Shown one piece after another: positions 9,179 to 16,808 of a stretch of DNA of 64,000 bases (positions are counted from its first letter, which is position 1; each line of letters opens with the position of its first letter). The stretch lies in assembly GCA_027320175.1 (NCBI GenBank), contig DAHVLU010000024.1, forward strand, positions 16,349 through 80,348, read 5' to 3'. The stretch comes from Nitrososphaerota archaeon (GTDB lineage Archaea; Thermoproteota; Nitrososphaeria; Nitrososphaerales; Gagatemarchaeaceae). A program made the translations under genes and the position numbers. The notes under the pieces were generated by a model. The model did no database searches. It had not been told where the DNA came from and worked only from the letters and a program-made list of their open reading frames with translations.

Positions 9179-10279
9179 CTAGGCTACCTCCCCTAGTCCC
9201 CTCGTTAAAATCGAAACTGCGGCGAAGGTTGGCAGCTCGACGGTCTCGGATCTGAAGGGACCGAAGTCTGCGTGCCTTAGCCTGAACCTGGGATAGAACG
9301 AGACCTGGACCTTCACGGGCTTGGAGCTGAGCACGACGGGCGCCTCCTGAGGGTCGAACTGCGCCATGGCCTTCACCCGTGCCTTCGCCATCCCCGTGTC
9401 TCCGTGAAGGGTGCCCGCGAGCCTGAACACCCTGTGGATGTCCGTGGTGACAGACGCGTCCACCATCGCGCGCTGAGAGGCGACGGCTTCCGATACCAGC
9501 TTCTGCAACGTGCCCCCGTAATTCTGGTTGTGCTCGGCGACATAGCCGGTGACCCTCCTCGTCCACCCGGCGCCCTGCGGGCCAGCAGGCATCTTTCTGC
9601 GCAGCGTGGCAGCCATGGTCTGGGAAGGCGGGAGGGTCGAGCCGCGCATGTAGTCTGATATCTCCGCCCGCGCCTGCTGATCAAGGCGGTCAAATCGCGC
9701 GTCGAAGATGTGGAGGTGGTACCCCCTGTTCCCTGAGAAGTAGACCCTGATAGCTTCAGGCGCCACCCCGAAGTCGTCGGTGAGGAAGCCGACCACGCGG
9801 ACGGCGTGGTCCTTCGCGGCGTCCAGGCACTCCTCGCAGACCCCGTGGTATTCGACGGCAGACCCGCCGCATTTCGGGCACTTCGCCGGCCTGGGGAGCT
9901 TCCCCGACGCGTGGCACTTCTCGCAGTACCACAGGTCGTGCCCCTTCTTGCAGGGCGTGGAGATGTCAGTGGCGTCGATGTCGAAGATGAGCTCGGCACC
10001 GAGCCAGCCCTTCTCGTCTATCGGTCTGGCGGGGAATTCGTACCTGGCATTGGAGCAGTAGACAGATGAGGGCGACTGCCTGAGTATCTCGGCGAGCGCT
10101 TCGCCCTTGCTCCTGAACGACAGGTGCCTTACCATCCCCCCGCCGAAGGGGAAGTAGCCGAACTCCCTGGAACCCACGTCCTCCGGGAGCTCGATGGAGC
10201 CCTCGGCGCGGAAGTAGTATTCGCGATACGCCCCTTTCAGGAAGGCCGCCGTGCGCTCGTTCATCCAGTCATCTCGCAA
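9179..10279 (-). CDS. priS: DNA primase small (catalytic) subunit PriS
   Basis: ELIFDIDATD catalytic Asp motif, zinc-knuckle CEKCHASGK...CPKCGG, SGNRGYHLHI motif. Confidence 0.9.
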   Translation of the reverse strand: MRDDWMNERTAAFLKGAYREYYFRAEGSIELPEDVGSREFGYFPFGGGMVRHLSFRSKGEALAEILRQSPSSVYCSNARYEFPARPIDEKGWLGAELIFDIDATDISTPCKKGHDLWYCEKCHASGKLPRPAKCPKCGGSAVEYHGVCEECLDAAKDHAVRVVGFLTDDFGVAPEAIRVYFSGNRGYHLHIFDARFDRLDQQARAEISDYMRGSTLPPSQTMAATLRRKMPAGPQGAGWTRRVTGYVAEHNQNYGGTLQKLVSEAVASQRAMVDASVTTDIHRVFRLAGTLHGDTGMAKARVKAMAQFDPQEAPVVLSSKPVKVQVSFYPRFRLRHADFGPFRSETVELPTFAAVSILTRGLGEVA

Positions 10280-10396
10280 CGCCGGGAGATAAGAACGCTC
10301 GGTCCTCCAATCCGCTGTTTTGTTTCACTCCGACTTGGCGGAGGCGCATCGCCCTGGTTCTTGGGCGTTAAGTGAGGTCGGCGACGAGGAGTGTAG

Positions 10397-10960
10397 ATGC
10401 GGGTCCCGCTTGACAGTTATCTGAAGTCGCCAGGAGCGAAAGTGTTCTCGTTGGTGGTACGGGTGCCCTTCGCCCCGCTGGACATTGACCTCGGCCACCT
10501 GGCAAGAGGAAAATGGAACTCCGCGGTGGACAGGTTCCGGGTGTGGTACCTGCCTGGCGGCGGCGGGCCCGTGTGCTATGTGATGGTCAGGAAGTTCGAG
10601 CCTGTGGAAGGGGTGCTGCTCTTCGGCCACATGGTCGTGAACCTCGCAGAAGAACAGGAGGTGAAGAGGGAGTGGAGCTTCACGGTCGGGATCCTGAGCA
10701 ACGACGAAGTCAGGGCCAGAGCGATGCTAAACTCGATGCTTGACATTCCTCCGTCCTTCCACAAACGCAACGAGCTGAAGGTCGTAGAGAAGCGTTGGAG
10801 GAGCGATCCGGCGGCGGGCATGAGATTCCTGGCGAATGTGCACTCCGCCATGAACTCGGCCCCGGCTGCCAGTGGCAGGGCCTACAAGCTGGAGTTCGAC
10901 CCGCCGCCTGAACTGATGGCGGAGCTGAAGCGAGGCTTGGGCGCCTGGTGGAAAGAATAG
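10397..10960 (+). CDS. Hypothetical protein
   Basis: 187-aa ORF with host-like G/C-ending codon usage. No motif I recognise. Confidence 0.5.
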   Translation: MRVPLDSYLKSPGAKVFSLVVRVPFAPLDIDLGHLARGKWNSAVDRFRVWYLPGGGGPVCYVMVRKFEPVEGVLLFGHMVVNLAEEQEVKREWSFTVGILSNDEVRARAMLNSMLDIPPSFHKRNELKVVEKRWRSDPAAGMRFLANVHSAMNSAPAASGRAYKLEFDPPPELMAELKRGLGAWWKE

Positions 10961-11098
10961 GGTCAGACAAGCCGAAGCGCCCTGGCGACGTGCTTGGCGG
11001 AGGCCTCTGCTGGCAGGACCGAAGAGTCGATCCTCAGCGCTCCTTGCGGAGCCTGGAAGCCGCGGGGCTCCCGCGATTGTAAGCCTGTGAGGGGCTGG

Positions 11099-11566
11099 CT
11101 ACCTCTCGTAGGTGCCTACTATGCGCGCCTGCTCGAGGATATGGTCCGAGATGGCGCTCAGGAGGCCTGCCCGGTCGAGCCCCGGCTTGAGCCCTAGGTC
11201 GGCCCCGAGGGCGTAGACCCAGAAGTAGTAGTGATGGACCCCGTGGCCGTTCGGGGGATAGGGCCCCATGTAGCCCTCCTTGCCCGTGTCGTTGACGCCA
11301 GGGGTGAAGGCGGTCGGTTTCTGCCCTTCGGCCAGCTTCGTCACTTCCGCAGGGATGCCGTAGACGACCCAGTGGGTGAAGCCGTGCGGCAGCGGAGCAT
11401 CAGGGTCGTGGCAGATCAGCGCGAACCCCTTGGTCCCCTTCGGGGCACCGCTCCACTCGAGCGGCGGGGATTGGTTGCCGACGTCGCCGCCGAACTTCTT
11501 GTCCATCCTCCCCGAGGGCCCGAACGCGGGGCTGGTCATCCTGAGGCTGCCTAGCTTCAGAGGCAT
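11099..11566 (-). CDS. YbhB/YbcL (PEBP / Raf-kinase-inhibitor-like) family protein
   Basis: SPPLEWSGAPKGTKGFALICHDPDAP...FTHWVVYGIP...GHGVHHYYFWVYAL. Start trimmed to the ATG at 11566 (ORF track starts at 11683). Confidence 0.85.
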   Translation of the reverse strand: MPLKLGSLRMTSPAFGPSGRMDKKFGGDVGNQSPPLEWSGAPKGTKGFALICHDPDAPLPHGFTHWVVYGIPAEVTKLAEGQKPTAFTPGVNDTGKEGYMGPYPPNGHGVHHYYFWVYALGADLGLKPGLDRAGLLSAISDHILEQARIVGTYER

Positions 11567-11776
11567 GGACTCTGCTGGGCCGGCGGCCTTGGATAAGGGT
11601 TCCTTGGTCAGAGGGGGTGAATCCTCCATATGTTGGTCAGGCGGTCCAATTGCTGGCGGACCATGCGAAGGGCCCGGGACCAATGCTGTTGTTCCGGCCG
11701 GCTTCGACGCGTCAGAGATGGGCAGCCCGATGTCGGGAGCGTTTGCCTATGGAACTGCCGCAGTCGTGGAGCGTGA

Positions 11777-11806
11777 CACCCCGAAAGCGGACCCGGTCTC
11801 GCTTCA
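11777..11806. repeat. Left copy of an imperfect inverted-repeat pair (partner 16773-16803)
   Basis: CACCCCGAAAGCGGACCCGGTCTCGCTTCA versus the reverse complement of the right copy, CACCGAAGCGGATTTGCCCCGGTTTCGCTCA. Shared blocks are CACC, GAA, GCGGA, CCCGGT, TCGCT and CA, with indels. Confidence 0.35.
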
Positions 11807-11900
11807 ATAGTGAAGGCAGGGAGACAATTTCGACCGAGTGTCCCAAAACGGTTTCCAAACTGCTCAACGCTTAATATCCGACCCCGCCGAGCCCGTCCCG

Positions 11901-12677
11901 TTGTTTCTGGCCAAGACTGCGACCGCCAACGAGTGGAAGGCGATTGCCGCTGCGGTCAAGACGCTCGTAGAGGAGGCGACGTTCGAAGCCAACAGTGAGG
12001 GCCTGTCCTTCAGGGCCATGGACCCTTCTCATGTGGCTTTGGTCGACCTGACCCTGCCAAATTCAAGCTGGCAAGCATATCAGTGCGACAAGCCATTCAA
12101 GTTCAGCGTGCGTGTAGAGGACCTTGTCAAGACCATGAATCGTTCAGACCCGAAGGATTCGGTAACCATTGCGGACAGTGATCCTGATTCGAAAGAGGAT
12201 GCATCGGACGAGGGAATCTGGGTCGTCTTCGAGAACGGCTATAAACGCAAGTTCAACATCCATCTCATTGAGAGCACGGCCGGGGCCGCCCCAATTCCCA
12301 AACTCGACTTGCAGGCAAAAGCCACTCTTACGATGAAGATTTTCGAGAAAGTGCTTTCTGACGTAAATGTGGTCTCAGACCAGGTGACGATTCAGGCAAC
12401 GGCGGACAAGCTATCGTTCTCCGGCAAATCGGATGTTGGCAAGGCCAGCATTACCCTCGCAAAGAACGACGCCGACGTGTTGGAACTGCACTCGGAAGTG
12501 GAGAACAAGGCTACATATTCGATCGACTATCTGAATTCTATTCTTCGCGCCCTTTCGGGGGTAGCAGACACGGTTCAGATTCAGTTCAGCACGAAGAAAC
12601 CAATTCGAACTGAAATGTCCCTCAATTCGCAGGGAGCGGTGCTGGCACATTTTCTCGCTCCTAGGGTTTCTGATTAG
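11901..12677 (+). CDS. pcn: DNA polymerase sliding clamp PCNA
   Basis: FLAKTATANEWKAIAAAVKTLVEEATFEANSEGLSFRAMDPSHVALVDL and a C-terminal AHFLAPRV are PCNA-like. TTG start at 11901 sits ~29 nt after TATA-like CTTAATAT. The ORF track start at 11838 adds a non-conserved extension. Confidence 0.85.
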   Translation: MFLAKTATANEWKAIAAAVKTLVEEATFEANSEGLSFRAMDPSHVALVDLTLPNSSWQAYQCDKPFKFSVRVEDLVKTMNRSDPKDSVTIADSDPDSKEDASDEGIWVVFENGYKRKFNIHLIESTAGAAPIPKLDLQAKATLTMKIFEKVLSDVNVVSDQVTIQATADKLSFSGKSDVGKASITLAKNDADVLELHSEVENKATYSIDYLNSILRALSGVADTVQIQFSTKKPIRTEMSLNSQGAVLAHFLAPRVSD

Positions 12678-12679
12678 TC

Positions 12680-13228
12680 TCAGAGACTAGCTTCGGGCCT
12701 CTTGTGAATGCACACACCTCCCCTTCCACCCCCTTTTGAGAAGTTGCAGTTCATGCACAACACGGCATACCCTGCCGGAAAGCCGTTTCGTATCAGCCAA
12801 GAGTTAAGGCGGAAGCTCCCCCTCGGCAACCCTAGTGCTTTGACCTGCTTGTTATCGACGCCGTCGACATGATCGATGGTCAGAAAATCCACTTCAGATT
12901 CCCCGCAACAAGCGCATCTGTAGGCGCCGGTAGAATAGTGGCCAAGTACCATCTTCCTGGCTTCGGCCCTTTGCCTTCGGGCGCTTTCCCGTGCCATTCT
13001 TCTCACTTGTTCGGGCCTTTCTGACATTCTCCTCAGATACGCACGGCGTTGCCACTCGGCGTTCTTCTTTCTGAAACAAGAAAGGCAGTATTTCTGAGGC
13101 CAGCTGAGCACCTCATACGGCTGGCCGCACAATATGCACAGTCTGGCGACACCATGTGGTCGTGGTGGAGGAGCGTGGCTACTCGTGTGCGTCCCCTCCT
13201 GAAGGAACCTCTCCTCCCGAAGTAGCAT
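12680..13228 (-). CDS. Zinc-ribbon + HNH endonuclease (paralog 1)
   Basis: N-terminal LCILCGQ...KYCLSCF ribbon, basic helical linker, then CACCGESEVDFLTIDHVDG...NSWLIRNG...LCMNCNFSKG (HNH). ATG at 13228 or 13264; either overlaps the upstream paralog. Confidence 0.8.
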   Translation of the reverse strand: MLLREERFLQEGTHTSSHAPPPRPHGVARLCILCGQPYEVLSWPQKYCLSCFRKKNAEWQRRAYLRRMSERPEQVRRMARESARRQRAEARKMVLGHYSTGAYRCACCGESEVDFLTIDHVDGVDNKQVKALGLPRGSFRLNSWLIRNGFPAGYAVLCMNCNFSKGGGRGGVCIHKRPEASL

Positions 13229-13697
13229 GGCCTCGCGCCCGAGTCTTGTGCACGCATTCCCCATGCTTGGCTTTGCTCATGTTGCAGTTCTGGCACAGCA
13301 CCTGGTACCCGGCCGGGAGTCCCTTCTTGACGAGTAGATAGTAGAAACTGCTCCCCAGCCGCCTGACTATCTTGCGTTCCGCGGATCCGTCGTTGTTGAT
13401 GTGGTCCAAAGCAAGGAACTCCGGCTGCATTTCGCCGCAGCAGGCGCATGCCATGGTCCCGTACGAGTAGTGCGAAAACACCTGCTGCCAAATCTTCGCC
13501 CGGAACCGTACGGAAGTCGCTCTTCCCTTTGCCCTGTAGTGCTCTATGTTCCTGCGACGAGACCTTGTCGCACTTTCCAATATGACTGTCGGCAGACACC
13601 TCTGACAGTACTTGGCGTGGCCACTTCTAGACCTGAACTGCTGTCCACAGACCGCGCACTTGAACGGGTTCTTCGGAGGCGCGTATCCACCCATCAA
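13179..13697 (-). CDS. Zinc-ribbon + HNH endonuclease (paralog 2)
   Basis: FKCAVCGQ...KYCQRC ribbon, then CACCGEMQPEFLALDHINN...LCQNCNMSKAKHG. Same architecture as the downstream paralog. Confidence 0.8.
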   Translation of the reverse strand: MMGGYAPPKNPFKCAVCGQQFRSRSGHAKYCQRCLPTVILESATRSRRRNIEHYRAKGRATSVRFRAKIWQQVFSHYSYGTMACACCGEMQPEFLALDHINNDGSAERKIVRRLGSSFYYLLVKKGLPAGYQVLCQNCNMSKAKHGECVHKTRARGHATSGGEVPSGGDAHE

Positions 13698-13718
13698 CAG
13701 TCGACCTTGCCGGTCCCC

Positions 13719-14147
13719 TTAACGTCCAATCCCCCCCACGAACATCCCCAGCTCTTCCATTGTATAACACACCACGTCCGCGTGCTCCATCACAGGCCCC
13801 ACGTACTCCTTCACCTTCGCCGCGGCGGCCTGGGCCACCTCTGCCAGCGCCACGCACCTGACCGATGGGTTCACCTCCTTGACCCTTCTGAACTTCCAGT
13901 CCACGTAGGCCGCATTCTTCTCCATCCAGGTGAGCGCAATCCCCCTCCTGCTGGTGCTCTGCCAGCACTCTATGACCATCTGAGAGTTTGGGAGATAGAA
14001 GTCGACCACATACGACCTGCCGCCCACTGGGAAGACGGCGTGGGTCATTCTCGTAATGCCGTACTGGAGGAGGACCCCCTCCACCCGCTCCTCCTGCTCA
14101 GTCAGAGGGACGAGAGCATGCATCCTGTTCATCCATCGAGTTGACAT
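13719..14147 (-). CDS. PD-(D/E)xK-fold nuclease-like protein (DUF559/Vsr-like core)
   Basis: YVVDFYLPNSQMVIECWQS resembles the vDF...lvIEvdG core of DUF559/Vsr-type endonucleases. Start is ~30 nt downstream of the palindromic TATA. Confidence 0.55.
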   Translation of the reverse strand: MSTRWMNRMHALVPLTEQEERVEGVLLQYGITRMTHAVFPVGGRSYVVDFYLPNSQMVIECWQSTSRRGIALTWMEKNAAYVDWKFRRVKEVNPSVRCVALAEVAQAAAAKVKEYVGPVMEHADVVCYTMEELGMFVGGIGR

Positions 14148-14176
14148 GGTTGGCCACAGATAGTATGGAAATGAGC

Positions 14177-14183
14177 TATATAA
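14177..14183. promoter_or_regulatory. Palindromic TATA box (TATATAA) in the divergent intergenic region
   Basis: About 30 nt from the ATG at 14147 on the minus strand (near-leaderless). About 50 nt from the TTG at 14233 on the plus strand, with GGAG at 14221-14224. Confidence 0.5.
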
Positions 14184-14232
14184 CTACCACAAAGGTTTTA
14201 TCATGCGCATCTGACGAAATGGAGCTTGAATC

Positions 14233-16707
14233 TTGCCATTTAGTCGCCAGATGGCCTTGGGCGCTCGTTTCGTGGCCTTCGGAGGTGAGGATGAGTTCCC
14301 ACACGCAGAAGTAGAACGTGTAGTCTTTGACGCCCTCCGTCGGGATAGGCAGAGTACGGTGGCAATCATGGCAGATGGGATCAACCTTGATCGCCTTCAT
14401 CTCCCCGACTCGGCCCGTCTCGACCCGAAGCGCGACTACCGCTGGTCCGGATATCTCGTCCAGAGGAAAGTCCAGAAGCGCGCTAAGCGAGTTATCTTTG
14501 GAACCTATGCCGGGTGGTTCCAATGGTATATGCGATATCAAAGATTCAGGGCGTTCCATGCGGTCGTACTTATCGAACCTCGGTCGGCAGTCTCGGACGG
14601 TGAGGTGGGGGGTTATGTCGACGGCCTCCTGGCGAGGCTGCAACCCAAAATCCGAACATTAGTCATAGTATCAAAAGATGCAGGCGAAGTCCACCCTTCG
14701 ACAGATGAACGGCGCACCAAGGAGGTCGTCAGGGCTCTTCTGTACGGTACAAGGTTGACGCGGCCAGAGGTCTTGCGGCGCCTCGGTTTGACTTTCGTTC
14801 CCATTTCAGACGCTACGGTTGCGAAAGTGTTCCCAAAGCACGCCTGGCGTATCTCGAAAAGGCACCCTCGCTACCAGTTAGACGAGTATGAGGATGAACT
14901 GGTACAGGGGATGGTGCCATGGTTCCCTCCGGGTTATGTTGATGGGAAACCGGACCAGATAGAGCAGCACTTCCGGAGAGAACGGCGGTTCAAACGCGAG
15001 CTTGAGTTCCCGGACGACATGCTTGCGTCAAGAGCCCTCGAAGACGCAGGGAGGTCCCTGTGGGTGACAGCTCCCTATGAGAGCGAGAAGTTACGGGAGT
15101 GGCTCGAGCTACTCAACAAGAAGGAAGACATCAGACTGGAAAAGGTTCTGAGACTAAAGGAAGAGGTGCCCGCCGACCAGTGGCAGCGGCTACTGTCGCC
15201 GTCAAGTTACCAGGTGAGACGAGTTCTTGACAGGTTGGCATCCGAAGGAAAGTTGGAGAAGAGAAAATGGTACCGCGAGCAGGGGCGGCCGGCCATGGCA
15301 TATGTGGAGCGAGGTAAGGCACCGTTCTCGGAAAATCGGTGCGGCCGGTGCGCCTTTTATGCCCCGGCCAAAAGGAGATGCAACCTCTGGTGGCTGGCGA
15401 ATAAGACCGAAGTGTTCTACGGTCCTAAATGGAAGCAACCCGGTTCCCACGCCACGAGATTCGAACTCCATAAGATGCGATATTCTTCGAGGATAGGCCC
15501 GCGTTCCTCTGCTTGCTTCCGGTTCTTGGACAAGAAGCGGGATCACCTTAGGAAGGCGATTCCAGACCGTTGCGAGATTTGTGGCCAAGCACTCTCCGGA
15601 GTCGGCAGAGTTGCAGTTACCTGCCTTCACTGTAAGACAGAATATGTGAAAACCGAGAAGTACGATTCACCAAGGGTGCGGGTCAGGGTCGCCTATGAAC
15701 ACGAGTTCAACCGCGTCTACACCGAAGTAACAGGTGGCGTCGCAAGAACAGACATGCAAGCGTGGAAGAAGAAGGTGAAGGAAGAAATCAACTCACCACG
15801 GCAGGGTTCAACCGAAGACCGAGAGGACTCGCAGGCAGAAGAACATGAAGAGGCCGAGGCAGAACCACCAAGGGTTTGGCAGGAGTACGACGCTGTGCTC
15901 CAGGCAGGCGTAGACAGACTCGCATTGGAGACCGACATAACCAAGTTTCTTTCCATCGCAATGGCGGAAAGCGCCCTTAACGCGACCCGCAGGATTGCCC
16001 AATTCGCGAAGTTGAACGTGAACGACGTGGCCTTGCCAGTAGCTAGGATTGAGCGATACCTCGGCTTGATTAGGGGGGCACCTGCAGACAAATTCCTCCA
16101 GTATGAAGCGCAGGTAATGAAACAGTATTGGCAAGTGTATGGGCTCGCCGTGGCGGGGACGGAGCTCTGGGTCGGGCCGAGGAAAAGGTCAAGGTTCGTG
16201 CGAGAGCTTGTGAATACTGATGCTGGGAGAGCGACAGGATACTCGCCAATGGACTCGGCGATAAATTGCCTTCACCAGAGGAGGCTGAGGCAAGCCGAGC
16301 GAGTCAACCGAGAAGTGGGATACGCCGGGAGGTGCGATGGCTTTCTACACCGAAGACACCACAACTCGAGGAGGAACGGTTTGGTTTTCGATTTGATAGA
16401 TCCTTTCAAGTTCGCGGACAGAGAAGAGTTACTTCTGGTAGCTCTAGACCGGGGATTAACGTGGGAAAACTTCGGGATTGAGACTGACAGGAGGGGTTCG
16501 ACGTTCTATTACCCGATGAGTTCTAGTCTTCGAAAATTGAACGAGATTGGAGAATCCGCGGACAATCTTGTCGTCGAGTATGAGGGGAGAGCCATGCGGC
16601 TGATAGCGGCGTATAGGTTGCATGCCGAAAGGATGTTGGAATGGCTTGGAGCTCAGCGTGTTTCTGAGCCCTCGGATGTGTTCATTTTGAGGTTTCCAGC
16701 GGGATAA
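14233..16707 (+). CDS. Large fusion protein: N-terminal HTH/wHTH + zinc-ribbon region, acidic linker, C-terminal Cas1-like catalytic domain
   Basis: C-terminus: YEAQVMKQYW (Glu625), SPMDSAINCLHQRRL, DGFLH (His706), LVFDLIDPFK (Asp720/723), then Cas1-type terminal helices. N-terminus: wHTH-like SSYQVRRVLDRLASEGKLEKRKW..GRPAMAYV, CGRC (370), CEIC (447), CLHC (464). TTG start at 14233 with GGAG 8 nt upstream; first ATG is at 14251. Confidence 0.8.
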   Translation: MPFSRQMALGARFVAFGGEDEFPHAEVERVVFDALRRDRQSTVAIMADGINLDRLHLPDSARLDPKRDYRWSGYLVQRKVQKRAKRVIFGTYAGWFQWYMRYQRFRAFHAVVLIEPRSAVSDGEVGGYVDGLLARLQPKIRTLVIVSKDAGEVHPSTDERRTKEVVRALLYGTRLTRPEVLRRLGLTFVPISDATVAKVFPKHAWRISKRHPRYQLDEYEDELVQGMVPWFPPGYVDGKPDQIEQHFRRERRFKRELEFPDDMLASRALEDAGRSLWVTAPYESEKLREWLELLNKKEDIRLEKVLRLKEEVPADQWQRLLSPSSYQVRRVLDRLASEGKLEKRKWYREQGRPAMAYVERGKAPFSENRCGRCAFYAPAKRRCNLWWLANKTEVFYGPKWKQPGSHATRFELHKMRYSSRIGPRSSACFRFLDKKRDHLRKAIPDRCEICGQALSGVGRVAVTCLHCKTEYVKTEKYDSPRVRVRVAYEHEFNRVYTEVTGGVARTDMQAWKKKVKEEINSPRQGSTEDREDSQAEEHEEAEAEPPRVWQEYDAVLQAGVDRLALETDITKFLSIAMAESALNATRRIAQFAKLNVNDVALPVARIERYLGLIRGAPADKFLQYEAQVMKQYWQVYGLAVAGTELWVGPRKRSRFVRELVNTDAGRATGYSPMDSAINCLHQRRLRQAERVNREVGYAGRCDGFLHRRHHNSRRNGLVFDLIDPFKFADREELLLVALDRGLTWENFGIETDRRGSTFYYPMSSSLRKLNEIGESADNLVVEYEGRAMRLIAAYRLHAERMLEWLGAQRVSEPSDVFILRFPAG

Positions 16708-16772
16708 AGGGTTCATTGCGCCTCTGCCGGAGGTGCCCCCTCGTCTCATGCATCCCTCCAAGCTTAAATGCA

Positions 16773-16803
16773 TGAGCGAAACCGGGGCAAATCCGCTTCG
16801 GTG
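16773..16803. repeat. Right copy of the imperfect inverted-repeat pair (partner 11777-11806)
   Basis: TGAGCGAAACCGGGGCAAATCCGCTTCGGTG. Lies between the rpl44e TATA (GCTTAAATG, ~16762) and its start codon. Confidence 0.35.
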
Positions 16804-16808
16804 AGAGG

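Larger units (their letters stand above)
12678..16707. mobile_element. Putative horizontally acquired island (Cas1-like fusion plus three nuclease genes); boundaries uncertain
   Basis: Interrupts the PCNA-L44e junction of a widely conserved archaeal cluster. Hand-sampled GC3 is roughly 60% versus roughly 78-83% in flanking genes. Cargo is nucleases plus a Cas1-like integrase domain. Confidence 0.45.

Noticed and set aside
14176-14643. 155-aa minus-strand ORF overlapping the 5' part of the Cas1-fusion gene
   Set aside because: It is the codon-in-register antisense frame of the 824-aa ORF, the classic shadow frame in GC-rich genes. It starts with TTG only. Its 3' end runs through the TATATAA box that best serves the neighbouring divergent genes. 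Not fully excluded: if it were real, the Cas1-fusion gene would have to start after 14643, where no ATG occurs for ~90 codons.
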